From the human T2T-CHM13v2.0 reference genome, Homo sapiens: a stretch of 64,000 bases of DNA. Both the position numbers and the translations under genes were made by a program. The DNA is taken from NCBI RefSeq assembly GCF_009914755.1, contig NC_060930.1, one strand, 5' to 3'. Below the pieces are notes generated by a model that was not told where the DNA came from, made no database searches, and saw only the letters and a program-made list of their open reading frames with translations. Below, one piece after another: positions 11,566 to 30,100 of this stretch (position 1 is its first letter; each line of letters opens with the position of its first letter).

Positions 11566-13455
11566 GCCAAATGGCCCTGTATCTTCTCTAAAACCACATC
11601 TAAAGTTCAAGAAACTAGTCTGTCATCGGGAAAAAGTTTCACTGCTACATAGGATTTTGTCAAATTGAAGGTGTGACAAGATGGTGTTCTGCTAATGTTA
11701 AATGTCAGCCCACAGAGCTAATAATACCTCAGTATAATGTCATGAGCAGTTGAAATTCATCACATGAAAAGTAATCTGCTGAAAGACTTGGTTGCCCACT
11801 GCCTAACTGTGTACAGTGTTACCAGTGTCCCATTATGGATAATTCTCAATATGTTAACACCTAGGTGTTCCCAATACCTTTTTCCCCTCATGTCACTACT
11901 GAATTTTGACAGGAGGAAGGAATAGAATGATAGCTTGTTTTATTTGTAAAGCTTTCAGTGAAACACTACATACACGAAGAAAAGGAACAAGGTTTAACTA
12001 TTTAAGAACCATTTGCTGCCGCATAGTGCCATTGGATAGGGAAGAACTTCAGAAATCTGTGGTACTCTTGGCCTTGTCTTTGTCTTCCCTGAACGTGTCT
12101 CCACTCTGTGAAGCCAGCATCTAGGGGCTAAAGATGCAAAGGAAAGCAGCATGCATTGTCTGTACAAATGTGCAGCGAAATACCCGAAAGCTTTTCCTAC
12201 TGTACAGATCTCTCGAGTCTGCTTTAAGTGATTTCTTTTCTTCTTGATTATTTTCTTATATTTCTATATGTATAGTGTAATAGCCTTTTGTTAACTAATT
12301 TTCTTTTTTCCTTTTAGTAATTAAGCACGATCATGTCCCTTTTTAAGCCTTACCTGAGAGGAACAATGCCTTAAAATAAAAAAGCATTAATGAGATGAAA
12401 GTATGCACAGAATAACTTTCCTCTACTTATTCTGTACTTTGCCCTCATGAGTTCCAATGTTGTGTGAAGACAGGCAGATGCTGCACAGTGAATTGCAGAT
12501 GATATTACAGAAGTGATGTCTGTAGGTCACATTAAATACTGACTTGAGCAGTGGGTGACACAACACAGTGTTTGTCTTCCACAGGGAAGCTTAAAACAAA
12601 AGATATTTTTAACCCACTGACAGAACAACAAGGTTAAGCTTCATCTGCTTGGTGTCCCACAGAACTTGCACAAGCAGTTGTTATTGGGAAAGTACAGTCT
12701 CAAAACCAGCAACAGCAGCAGTACCTACAGCCCTTTTTTTGGAGAGAAGTTTAAATGCTTTACTGTTGGGGCAGTCCATTTCTAATCCTGACTTGGTGAC
12801 AGTATCATGTGTATTTATAAAACAAGGCTAGCCATATTTAGGACAACTGAAGAAAAGCTGGAAAAAAAAACAAGCAAACTTGAACACTGAAGCAACCTCA
12901 AGCATCTCTTTATTTTGATGATATATTTTTGTAAGGAAAATATTCAGATGATCAGGAATGTATATAACTGAAATCAAGAAAAAGAACAGTATGCATTTAA
13001 AAAGACAGAATTATGAAATTATATGAGTGCTTAGAATGGGGCTAAGGGAAGTGCTGAAATAGAGCAAAGGATGGAAGATAATATAGACTACCACCCACTG
13101 TAAATGTTTGCAAGTGGCTGTGTTTTAAATGGGATTATTACAGTTGATCTCTATGAATGTCAGAGCCCTAACTTTCAGGCTTTGCATTTTGTATATGGGA
13201 AGAAATATGACAATCCTAGGTAATTAAACCATAGACCCAAAGCCCTTACGTTTGATGCAATTTATTTTTAAAATAGGCCTTGTTTTTCAGCTTCATCTGC
13301 AGTTCTATGTGAAGATTGATAAATCAGTTTTTACTTGTTTTATTAATAAAACGTAATTTGGATATCTTGAGTTGATGGTTTTGTGATTTAGCTGGGTAAA
13401 CTATCTTTGTAACAGATAAGTTATTTATAAAAATTAAAAAACTTATATTCTAATG
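11566..13455 (+). other. TAB2: TAB2 3'UTR (no evident repeats, AT-rich, multiple miRNA seed matches)
   Basis: Follows stop; poly(A) signals AATAAA 12375, AATAAA 13345, ATTAAA 13433 with GU-rich downstream; exact end approximate. Confidence 0.8.
13345..13438 (+). terminator. TAB2 distal poly(A) signals (AATAAA 13345-13350; ATTAAA 13433-13438)
   Basis: Hexamers followed by U/GU-rich tracts (gtggattttgtgacttgtttt). Confidence 0.75.
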
Positions 13456-14502
13456 TGGATTTTGTGACTTGTTTTCAGTTTGTGGGACAGGAGATAATTT
13501 ATACATCAGCAGATCATTTAAGCATTAATGGAAATCAGGGAAAACTTCTTCTCTAGAGTCTCCTTGTGACATTGTGATACTCAGCTGCATTTCTTGGACT
13601 GTTTTTATCAATTTCCCTAGACTTCTTTTTTCATAGTTTATGATAGTTTTCCCTTTTATTTCCTTTGGATTTTTCAAAATTTACCGCATTGTTAAAGACA
13701 AATGTGATTTATTGGACCATTTAACCTGAAGTAAACATTTAGTTAATATTTGTTCTGTCCCTTGATGTGTAATGCAGGTCATGAGGATGGTGGTGCTTCT
13801 CTTGAAGAGAACTTTTATATTTACAGTTTTCAAAAAATTACAAAAACTCAGGTGTTTTTCTCAGCCTGAAAAGAACAAAGTAGTATTTGCTGATCTCCCC
13901 ATGATGCAGTTGTAGAAAGGTCTGCCTTGAGTGGTCTTTTAAACTTAGTAGAAAGGAAATACTCTATGCCAGTGAATATGAGGACTGGACATGTTGGGCA
14001 TCTGGAGACCACTTTTGGGAACTTCATTGCCCTAAAACAGAATTACAAGTGTAAGAACCTCCAATCGAAAGATGGACTTCGAAGTATTTTTTTGACACAA
14101 ATTATCCTTCATCTGTATGTTTAAAGGGGTTTGGGGGTAGAGGAATTGGCAGTTCATGTAAACTAGACTTCTCAGGAAAATTTTTATATTAACAAATTGT
14201 CAGCCAAATGTCTCCTGTGACAACTAATACGTTAGACAAAGATGTGTGTTATATTGCAGGCGTTTGAGGGAAAAAAGTTGAAATTTTATTTTTCTTTTAA
14301 AATCTTGTTTAACCTGTGTCATCTTTGATCTAATATTAATTAACTTTATATTGGGGAAATTATGCAGAAAATCAGCTCCATGGGTAGTCCAAAACTAATT
14401 GTTAGCTTTAAACCTACTTAATCAAAGCAGCTATAAATAGCAAAACTAGCTGACGTGTCACCAGTTTTCTCTATCCCAATGTAATGTTGACAGGCAATTC
14501 TA

Positions 14503-14850
<348 letters not shown>

Positions 14851-15186
14851 AAATATTCAGCCCATGAGTAATGGAAGTAGGCCATATTGCCGTAGAAAAT
14901 AATGTAGTGACACTAGAGACTACTCCAGATTTAATATCTATATGCTGGATATCGGCATAGCTTCCCATATAACATCACAAAGTACTTCTATTCCTGTATG
15001 GCAAATGAATATATTTTTGGCTTCAGCTTTTTTGGTGCTACAATTTTATATCCATTTTACTTGAAATGGCTCAGCTGCATTTTAATTTGTATTGCTTCCA
15101 TCTGAAAATACAATTAGACAACTGAGAGAAAAGGCCTAAGAAAACAATTTTGTAGTGAGTTTTTGTATTTGTTATCACCTCTCAAC

Positions 15187-15500
<314 letters not shown>

Positions 15501-16239
15501 TCATTAGATTTACTCTGTAATCCTGGGACAGTTCCTTGTTTATATTGCCTCTCCTTGTCGAACGAAGGTGATTAGATTAATGCTAAACTCACCTCACAGG
15601 GGTGTTGTAAGGATTAATGTGAAACTATTATCTGAGCCAACCCCTTCTCTCTGACTAGGAACTGCATTGTCCTAAAAGTGGGCCTTGTTTTTACATAAAT
15701 GGGTTGTGAAGTATTGTTCTCTCAACAGTATTAACAGGTAAGTTAGCTATTTATCTGAATTGGTCTAGGGACATCTCAATGGATCAGAATTTGATGTTTC
15801 AATCACTGAGATTGAATTTTTCCTCTTAATGTCAAAGGTTGGTAGCTTTGCAAAGATTATAAAACTTTGGAAGGCTGACCTGAAGATCAGGTATGTTTAT
15901 ATTTGTATTATATGTTCAGCTGTCTAAAGAGTGTACATTTTATGATGGAGTATAACAAATTATTTCTCCAGGAAAAACACTTGAAGAACTTACTCTAGTG
16001 TTTGCATGTCTGCATATTTGTTTTAAGCCTAAAATGGACCCAAAGCACACTTCTCTCTAGTGCCTCCCTCTTTACAGATTCCCTTCTTTACTCCGTTCTT
16101 CCTCTTCTGAGGGCAGCCTTCCCCTGACGTGATGCAGAACCAATACAGCTTACTGATCTTATTCTAGAAGTGTTTATTGATCCTCATAGCCGTGAACAAA
16201 GACTGCGGTATCTTCACCATGGAAATCCTTTCCAGTGGT

Positions 16240-16370
16240 TTTTGGTTTTGTTCTTTAGAGACAAGGTCTTGCTGTGTTACCTGGGCTGGCCTCTTCCTGA
16301 GTTCAAGTTATCCTCCCACCTTGGCCTTCCAAGTAGCTGGGACTACAGATGCATGCCACTGCACCTGGCT
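16240..16370 (-). mobile_element. Alu monomer (FLAM-like)
   Basis: Single-arm Alu sequence. Confidence 0.75.
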
Positions 16371-16375
16371 CCAGA

Positions 16376-16406
<31 letters not shown>

Positions 16407-16891
16407 AATTTTCACCTTTGAACTCATCCATGGATTGTTGATAGGTTTCGTCCCTTTCACACTGTGACCTAATTGATTCCAAGTTCTTACTCTTTCCTTG
16501 CACACTGCAGCTAGATTACAGTATATTACAGAAATAACACTATGCCCACACAATCCTGTTCAGAAATCTTTATTATTTCCCCATTGTTCATTGAGCTTAC
16601 TTGTAAGACTTGTTTGTTCCTTACCTGTCTCTTCAGGATCATTACTTTCCAACAGAGTCCTCTTACAACTAAATTGGTCTAATCACTTCCCTTAATAGGC
16701 TTTGCACATCCCCACCAGTGTACTTTCGTCCATGCCATTTGCTTTGTCTCTGTACTTAAATTTAACTTTCCAGTGATCCGATCAAGGGTCACCATCATGA
16801 GACCTTTCCAAACCGCACCTTTTCTCATAGCACTTGCTATATTTTCTGCCTACTTGGCATTCATTGCTACTTTGACCTCTCCACTTAGATA

Positions 16892-19607
<2,716 letters not shown>

Positions 19608-19685
19608 TCAGGACAGGTGTGTCTTTGTGTCCCCATAGCAAATAACTTCATACATGGCAAAAGGTCAGTAGTTGATGATGATTCT

Positions 19686-19806
19686 CTTTTTATTTAAGAT
19701 AGGGTATCACTGTTTTGCCCATCCTGGACTTCTAGGCTCAAGCTATTCTCCCACCTCAGCCTCCCAAGTAGCTGGGACTACAAACGTGCCCCACCGCACC
19801 CAGACT
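19686..19806 (-). mobile_element. Alu monomer (FLAM-like)
   Basis: Single arm flanked by an imperfect ttgatgat..ctctt duplication. Confidence 0.7.
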
Positions 19807-20827
19807 TGATGATAACGACTCTTAACATGAAGGCCAAGTTAATTTCTAACATTTATTCAAGTTAACCAGTGGGTACAGCCATTTTGAATGTAGTATGTGT
19901 TTTCCCCTAGAACTAGTATTAGAAGCAGTAGGTTCCCAGGCCAGCCCACTAATTAGCTGGAACGCTTTGCATTTGGAAAACTGAAATAAGGCACAATCAT
20001 ACTATTGGGATAGATAAATGTAACAATGAAACCCAAAAATAATGTTTCTGGTATCTTCTGTGTGGTGCCAGAGGGGGATGAAGAAGTAGAGATCTTTGTG
20101 GATATTCTGGAAAATTCAGAAATTGGCATTTCAACCTGAGGCCTCTGTTACATCTAACTTTACTTCAAATTTTAAAGTTTGCTTTTTCGTGGACCAAAGT
20201 GTTTGAGTGGCTTCTTCTTAGACATAATGAATGTCCTTTTTTGTTTTTCTTCAAAATTGAAGCAGAGGGACATGGGAGAATATTTTTCTGGAGAACACTG
20301 GTCAAGAGAAGAGGAAAGAAAGAAGAAAATTAAATGCAAAGTATGTAAAAATCCTGTCTTATTCTTTCCCAAGAAAGGTGAAGAGACAGGCTTCTGACTA
20401 AACGATGAGCAGCAGAGAGCAGGGACTCTCACTGGTTAAACTCCACTGGGTCTGATAGCCAACACATTGCCTGAGAGTGAGTGACATGAAACAAGCCCAC
20501 GTTTTATTAATCTGAATTGAAGTCTTAACTACTACCTTTTGGTTTTTAACACAAGTCTTTCACGTGCCCTTTTGCTGAACTGCCAAATTCTTTTTGTAAT
20601 AAAACAGCATACACATCTTAGAACACCAATTTGCTAACCCAGACAACCAAGCTCTGCTAAGGTAATGAATGAGAAGCAATATATGCAGTTTCCATTCCAG
20701 TGAATGATAATAGGTGATTTTTGTTATGAAGTATCTCAAAGCATGATTATATTCAATATCGAATGACAAAAACACACAGCAAAGATTTTTAAACTTCCAC
20801 CTGTATTGCTCTCTTTATTAACCATAA

Positions 20828-21155
<328 letters not shown>

Positions 21156-21675
21156 TCTACTGTTTATTATTAATATGCTAACAGTTAACAGGTAACTACT
21201 GGCTTCACATTACAAGAAACAAGGGGCTCCCAAATTTGGAAACGAGTAAAGAATAAGTAGTACTCACTGAAAACCTTAGGCCAACTGTCATTTTGTCCTT
21301 TTGATTCCAGTTTGTGCTAAGGTAGCAATAGTAATTTCTCAGTTCTCAATCTGCACAATCATCTTTATATTTCAAAAATTTCACATTTTGAATTTGCTAC
21401 TTCCTCCTTTTGCTAGTCTTCCTAATCTTAGCCACATTCTCTCATTTTCTTCACTGCTTTATACCCTGCTTCCAGCTTAGGTCTGGCACATAGTAGGTGG
21501 GCAACAAATTTTGTTACGTTATGAATTTGATGACAGGGTCTAGCTTAATTTTTCTATGATTTTCCCCAAATGCTTTTCAGTATCACATTCCTGCCATAGG
21601 TCAGGCAGTGTGTTTGATGACACGAGAGACAGTCACCACCTTAGAGCTTATAAAGGAGAAATAAGCATGCAAGTA

Positions 21676-22275
21676 CAGTCAATCATTATCTGTGGATTCG
21701 TTTGTGAATTTCCCTATTCACTAAAAATGGTCATGGCACTTTCATAGTCCTTTGCAGATATGGGTAGAACAGTGACAAACTTGAGTCACCCAATGGTCAT
21801 ATTCCCATCTCAGGTCAAGCTACACAATGGTCTGCCTCTTGTGTCAGCTCCTGTACTGTGAACCAAGTGTCCTTTCTGCAGTCTATTTAGGGATATGTTT
21901 TTTGCATTTGTATTGGTTATTTTGCCATTTAAAATGCCCTCAACATTGTGCGGAAATGCTGTCGAGTGTTCTAAGCCCAAGAATGCCAGGATGGGCCTTA
22001 GCGAGAAAATACATGTGTCAGAGAGCTTTGTTCATGCGCGAGCTGTAGCCCTGTTGGTTATGAGTTCAGTGTTCATGAATAAAGTGTCTTGAAACAGAAA
22101 CACGTAAAACTAGGCCATGTATTGATGGGCTGGTGAAAATATCGTGGGCAGAAGCTCGTGGGAACCTAACCCTGCGTTTCCTCTAGGAGCAAGTCGCTGT
22201 TCACTCTTTGCTAAATCAGTGTTTGTGGAGACTTTATAGAACGTAACTACCACTTATTAATAATGAGATTAACTG
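21676..22275 (+). mobile_element. Non-autonomous Tigger-family element (MER82-like)
   Basis: TA|CAGTC...AACTG termini, internal 'aaaatgccctcaa...gagaaaatacatgtg' transposase start remnant. Confidence 0.7.
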
Positions 22276-22599
22276 TGGACAGGTGCTGTACAAAAAGCTA
22301 CAAAGTTCAGTGAAGAGAGACAATTTCTTGTGGTTGAGTCAGGGACAATTAATGAAAAGGAGGCTTTTGAGATGAGACTGAAATGGTGGGTGAGACTCTG
22401 ACAGAGGGGGAAACATTCCAGACACAGGAAACAGTGTGAGCCATGGTGGAGTTTAGAAACTCTAGGGGTGATATAGGGATCTGCAGGTAACCTTGTTTGG
22501 CTAAAAGCTGGAGAAGATAAGATGGAAAACATACATTCTGTGGAGGACAAGTAAGAGTGTACTTAAAGAAATGGGCAAAAATTAGCCATGAAAAGTTTG

Positions 22600-23170
22600 G
22601 GGATAATCTCCCCAAGAGGAATGAAGAAATAAGTCCATATAAAGACTTAAATGTTGAGAGAAGCTTTATTCATAGTGGCCAAAACCTGGAAACCACCCAA
22701 ATGTTCATCAATAGTGGATGGAGAAACAGGTGCTTGTGTGTCTACAGACTGGAATGCTACTCAGCAGTAAAAAGGAACAAATACCAGCCTGGGCCATATA
22801 GTGGGACCTCATCTCTACAAAAAAAAAAAAAGAAAGAAAAAAACATTAGCCAGGCATAGTGTACCTGTACACCTGTAGTCCCAGCTATTCAGGAGGTTTA
22901 GGCACGAGGATTGCTTAAGAACAGGGAGGTCAAGGCTGCAGTGAGCTGAGATTGCACCTTTGCACTCCAGCCTGGGTGACAGAGTGAGACCCTGTCTCAA
23001 AAAAATTAATAAAAATAATGTTTTTAAAAATATTTAGGAGAAGAAACATTTACTGTGTTTACATCCATGAGAAAGACAAACGAGAGGAAAAGCAGAACAC
23101 AAAACAAGCTACCCACGAGGTACTCCCTTAGTAATGATCAGATGTGAAACAGAACCTCGTCATATCTAAA
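22600..23170 (+). mobile_element. L1ME-like 3' fragment interrupted by a truncated AluJ (~22785-23005)
   Basis: gctttattcatagtggccaaaacctggaaaccacccaaatg L1 3' motif; Alu right arm. Confidence 0.65.
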
Positions 23171-23731
23171 GCCAAAGCTACGAGATGCCCTCCTGTGTGA
23201 TAGTTTCCATTACCCATACTGTTGCTAACTTCGGTTTTATTTAAAACTCACTTTATACTAGTAATATATATGCCAATTCCTCTATAATATATCACCACAT
23301 AGCTGCATGGTTTTCTTCTCCAACCATAACACTACTGAATTAATGCTGAGAAAGATAACTGCTTGTGGTCACCCTGTGTTAGGAGCATTGTGTTGTCATC
23401 ATTTTCTTTCAGGGGGCTCAGTGTGACCCACTGACAGTGTCCAAGTGAATGTTGCCGTATGTACACCAAGATCCGTGCCATCCTGGTACTTTGGTCTTCC
23501 GGTCCTTGCTGAGGATCACTGTTTTGAGGTAGGAAAGAGCTGCCTTGTCCTAATGGTGCCCACACTCCCATGCAACCACCATTTGATGGTCGATAAAGGG
23601 ACACCAGCGTCAGGGATGGAAGTCCTGCAGGCATGGCCTCTGGCCTCCTCACAGCTTGGATTAAAGAGATGTTCTCCAGGGAGCTGCCCACCTCTAGTTC
23701 TATTTTCAAGTATCTTTTCCATTAAAATATT

Positions 23732-24350
23732 CACTCATCCCTCGGAATCCACAGAGGTTTTATTCCAGGACCTCCATGGATACCAAACCCTCGGATGCTC
23801 AAGTTCCTGATATAAAATGGTGGTGTATTTGCATATAACCTATGCCCATCCTCCCCTGCACTTTAAATCAGCTCTAGACTACCTAGAATACCCAATACAA
23901 TGGAAATGCTCTGTAAATAGTTGTTATGCTGTATTGGCCTTTATTTGTTTTGTTTTGTTTTGTTTTGTGAGATGGGGTCTTGCTCTGTCACCCGGGCTGC
24001 AGTGCAGTAGCATGATCATGGCTCCCTGCAGCTTCGATTTCCCCAGCTCAAGTGATCCTCCCACCTCAGCCTCCCAAGTAGCTGGGACCACAGGTGCATG
24101 CTACCACGCCGGCTAATTTTTTTCATTTTTTGCAGTGGTGCAGTCTCCCTGTGCTGCCCTGGCTGGTCTCGAACTCCTGGCCTCAAGCAATCCTCCCACC
24201 TCAGCCTCCCGCAAAGTGCTGGAATTACAGGCATGAGTCACCACACCTGGCTTTTTTTCTGTTATTGTATTTTTTTCCTAATATGTTTGTCTTCCTAATA
24301 TGTTTGATCCACATATGCAGAATCCGCAGATCCAGAGGGCTGACTGACTG
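23732..24350 (+). mobile_element. MER2 (Tigger) interrupted by AluJ (- strand, ~23940-24251)
   Basis: ccaggacctcc..ggataccaaa..ggatgctcaagt...gcatataacctatg MER2 body; gagggctgactg|TA end. Confidence 0.8.
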
Positions 24351-24767
24351 TATGTCCAGTGATTCTCTTTTATATAAAACTAACTCTGGTCACATTCACT
24401 ATGTAGCATCTTATGCTGCCTAACAAATCCCAGACAACTATCAGACACCTCTGCTTTCCACAGTTAAGCCTTGATTTAGAAATCTTATTTTTATTTGCTT
24501 CACTCAGAGTGCTGTCCCATGTGCCAAGCATGGCCTGGGTTCTGGGGATACCGCAGTGAACAAGACACAAAGACACCTGTGTTCACCTACCGTCCTGGCT
24601 CCCCTGGGCCTGGACTAGCTGTGAGGCCCTCTGCGCACTGAAGACCCTGCTCCATGTGCTACCATGTGCTTTGAGAGTGGTCTTGCTTTATTTTCGTTGT
24701 AGATTCCCTCTTTAGTAGCATGTGCTCAAATCCAGAAGAATAAATAAAATTCTGAAATGAGAGGGAG

Positions 24768-25080
<313 letters not shown>

Positions 25081-25423
25081 TTAAAAACTATACACCTAAA
25101 ACCGTAATGCTTTCCTGGCTTCTGCTTTTTGTGATATGATAAAGACACTCATTAGTCAAGGGATGTTGCTAAATGCTAAAAAAAAAAAAATCAGCTTTTC
25201 AGGCCCTCGGTACTGATTTTGTCTGTGATGTTGCCGCTGTTGTTGAGGTGGGGTGGAAAGGGAAATGGGAAGTAACAGCTTTGGGCCACGACTCCCCGAA
25301 GGCCAGTGGCTTCTGCTCCAGATACTGCACTAGCAGTGTCTCGCAATTTTGGTACCTCAGCCGCATCTGATGATTTCTTTTTTCTTTTTTTTAGGTTGGA
25401 TAGATTCCTAAATCTGATCATCT

Positions 25424-25425
<2 letters not shown>

Positions 25426-25475
<50 letters not shown>
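25426..25475. repeat. (TC)25 microsatellite
   Basis: Perfect polypyrimidine dinucleotide run. Confidence 0.96.
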
Positions 25476-25477
<2 letters not shown>

Positions 25478-26349
25478 ATCTTTAACAGGGAAGGGAGAGT
25501 GGAGGGCATCTCAAAAAGATCATTCCTCTCCACGTTAACTGCTGTGTTGGGAGGGAAGCCACGCATCTGGTTTCTTTATTTGGGCTCCACTTTCTTGCTT
25601 TCTAAGCACATCACGAGGCTGTCCTTCGGTCAGCTGATCACTGTGGCATGGCCCTTAACTGCTGAATAAACAGAATGGAAGTCAAGCAAAAGAAAAGCAC
25701 AAATACAGACAGAGGCATAATTACAAGGGAACATTTTCAGTTGAAAACATTGCTCACCGGGAAAAACTTTACAGAGAAAAGTTTAAGCTATTTTCAGCAT
25801 TCCCTTCAGAAATATTTTCTTACAGGGCTGCTACTTCCATAGTTCAGAAGAAACTATTAGAGCAGAGGATTAAGGTTTCAATTAATTCCAAAAGACAGCA
25901 CAAGCGAGGTCCAGCCAACTTCAAAGCGCCTGATTATTGATCATAGGACATGAGCGCCAAGCAGAGGAAGAAACAGCTTCACTGCGGGGGCTTCTGGGCT
26001 GCAGGAAGCAGTCGGGGTCCAAGCCCTCCTGCTGTCCTCTCCCAACTCTGTCTCAGAAGAGGCTGTTTGAAAACCAGAGTGAAGCCATCACCTTTGCTGC
26101 ATGAGAATGAAGTTCTGCCTACAACAGGCACTTCCCCACCACCTCCATTTGCTGCGTTAGGGCATTTACACTTACGTGTGCCCATCTACAAAGCAGACAT
26201 GGAAAAAATACACATCAACTACCACCATGTAAGTGCAAACTTCCACCTGTGCTGGGGAAACCAGGAGTGCCCAGGGCATTTTATACCTGCGGTTCTCAGA
26301 GGCCAGACTTCAAATCATCCCCAATCCAGAACTGATTTTTTTTCAGTGA

Positions 26350-27161
<812 letters not shown>

Positions 27162-30100
27162 GTTTGCCCAGCTTAGCAGTCGCAGGGGGTGGTGCATAAG
27201 TAGACTGGACTGAATGGAGTCGTGGGTGGCTGTCCTCGCAGAGCCATCCCACCAAGAGGCTTGGCATTGGTGCTGGCGGGCTGGGAAGTCAGAGGCAGGA
27301 GCAGCTCAGTTGGCCTTGGTGAGTGAGGGTTCATGCTGGGCATAGATGTCGCCTCCATCGTTGCCCCCAGGGCCACACCATCCTTCATGCCAGTTCCAGG
27401 GGGTCAGTAGCATAGTGTGACAAGTGTCAAGTGGCCAAGGCATTTTGCCAGCTTGGCTGTTCTGTGCTTTCCATGCTGGACGCTTTCTGATAGGCATATT
27501 CGTGCCCACTCCCATGTGCCCATGACATGCCCCTACCCAACACCTCCTCGTCTTCCATCTGCCAGGCCATTTATTTCCGACCCCTGACCAGACAGCCAGG
27601 CCATCTGCCCAGGGATCCATATATAGTCTCGCCTTGAGCCACTTCTCTTTCCACTCAAAGTGGATGGCCAGGGACACTGCTCATTGATCCACCCAGAGAG
27701 AAGGTTTTCCCTCCACTGATACTCACGGCCACCCCATGTCACTGGAATGTAGTCACCATGCATTTTCAGCTTGCACCCCCATGCTGAGCTGACCCACCCT
27801 TAAACCAAGTTTGGGCTCTGTCCCCCTCCTTAACTGGTTGTATAGGACCCTCCTGACGGCCATAAGTGTGAGCTGAGGAAGGGATGCTGGGAGTGACAGG
27901 GGGTCGGGGCCCCCGCTCATGCAGCCTTATGCCATCTGATTCTGCTGAGCCTGATCCTGCCTGTACCATGCCCACCCTGAAATGGACTGATGGTGGGGCC
28001 ATGCAACTTTACGACTTGTGAATCTGGCAGAACCCAGCTCATAGTAGACACTTCTGGATGCCTGGCCACTTGGTACCCTGTGATCAACGTCCCGTAACAT
28101 GCCAGGAGCTACTTTTCAAAAGCAGGCTAATTCTTGGCTGTGGATAGCACTGCCTTCTCCAAAGTTCCGAGATCTGTGCTGGGATTCTCCCACTGAGCTT
28201 GCTGTAAGCTCTACCCAGCATCTCTTTCTACCACCTGCACCTTCAGCACCATGAGGTTGGCTGGGCCTTACAGTCCAAGCAGCAGGGCTGCTTAGTGGGA
28301 GCCTGGACCTGCGAGGGAGCCGCCTTCTGCTCCTAAGCCCACATGAAGCAGACAGCTTTTCATGTCACCTGGTACGTGCGCTGCAGAAGTGTTCCTAGGT
28401 GTGGAATGTGTTGCCTCCAGAACCCAAAGAGGCCTACCAGGCACTTTGTTTTCTTCTGTGTGATCGTTGGTGCAAGATACAGCAATTTGTCTTTAAATTT
28501 GGGGAGCAGATATGTGGGCATGCCCCTGACCGCTGGACCTCCGAACAGCTCGCTGAAGTGGCAAGTCCTTGAATCTCCACGGGATTTGCCTCCCACCTGC
28601 TTGTGGGCCTGCGTCTTACCTGGGCTTTGCTCACCTGCCACCTTTAGCTCTTCCTACCTGATGGGCACGCATGAAGTCATCAGTGCACTGGGCCCTACGC
28701 TGTTCTGTGGGAAGGCCAGGCAGTTCAGACCGCGCTGGCTTAGATTATGAGGGAGGGCAGGAGAATTAACATAGCCCTGAGGTAAACTGTAAATGAATAT
28801 TGTTGTCCATCCACGTGAATGCAAACTTTCTGATCCTCTCTTCCAGTTAGAATAGGAAAGGATACATTTGCCAACTCAAAGGCTACATACCATGTCCCTC
28901 AGGCCTTCTTATTTTGCTTTAACAATCCAGTACCTGACGCTGCCGTTGACATCAGAGCTTTTATTGGGTTGAGCCTGCAGTAGTCCATGCTGTCTCTCCG
29001 GGATCTGTCCAGTTTCCACAGGGGCCAGGCCGGTCAGTGAAATGGAGGGAGATAGGATGGGACCACCACCTCTTCACCCTTTACGTCTTTCCTGGGGTTA
29101 CTAATCTCCACCATTTCTCCTGAGGTGCAATGGTGTTTCTGATGTATGTTTTTGGCAGGGGATGGGGGTTGGGGAGAGTGGGGATAGAGAGTCCCACAGG
29201 CCGAGGACCCCAGGTAGTGGCGACACCAGCTGCCAAATACATCAATTCCAATTGCACATTCACAGAAGTGTCACAGGTCCTGTCCCACACTGGCCTGCAC
29301 AGTGTGGGACAGGACCTGCAGAAATGGTCACAGGTGGGACCGCGGACTCAGTGGACTACTGAGAGCCAAACTGTAGCCGGGATTCCATCTACTATCCCAA
29401 CCCCAGTAAGTCATCTCTCCAACAATAGGGTCGCAGAAATACTCGGGGCCATGCGTGTCAGTGTCAGTGCAGACCCTGTGTCCACCAGTCCTCAAAATGT
29501 CTGGGCATTGCCCCTTCCCAGCGTCCAGCCACCTGAGTCAATGGCCAGGGGTCCCTTTGGTGGAGGACTGGGGGGGTCAGTATGGGATACATGTGACACA
29601 GTGTTATGAGATCCTCCTTCCTAGGAATGTGGCCACCTCCTCAGTTAACTGGTCCCAGATCTGAAAATAGACACTGGTCCATGACTGAGGAAAGGCTCAT
29701 GACTTTATATGGGCAGCTGCAGCTGCCCTGAGCTTTCTGCTCTTCCACTCTTGCCTTTTTCTGGTTGTAGGTGTTAAGTAGCGTCCCACTGGCCACCCGT
29801 CCATGTTGCCTCTAGGGTCACCATGCTCTGATAACCACCTCCACCACTCCCGTCTTGCTGCTTGCCAGGGTCACTGCAGCCTGGTGTTGGGTCACCACAG
29901 CTCCTTTACACCGTGGGGTGGGGCAGGACCGTGAATGAGCACAGCTCTGCAACCATCCCTTCCACCACCAACCCTGGGCTGCAGAGGAAGCCACCACAGA
30001 TCACCCCAGTGAAGTCAGTGTCCCTCTCATCAGGGCATTCCTGACGCCCTCCGTGTGCCCCAGGGCCCTCTCTGGAACACAACTAAGGGTCTTCTGGCCT

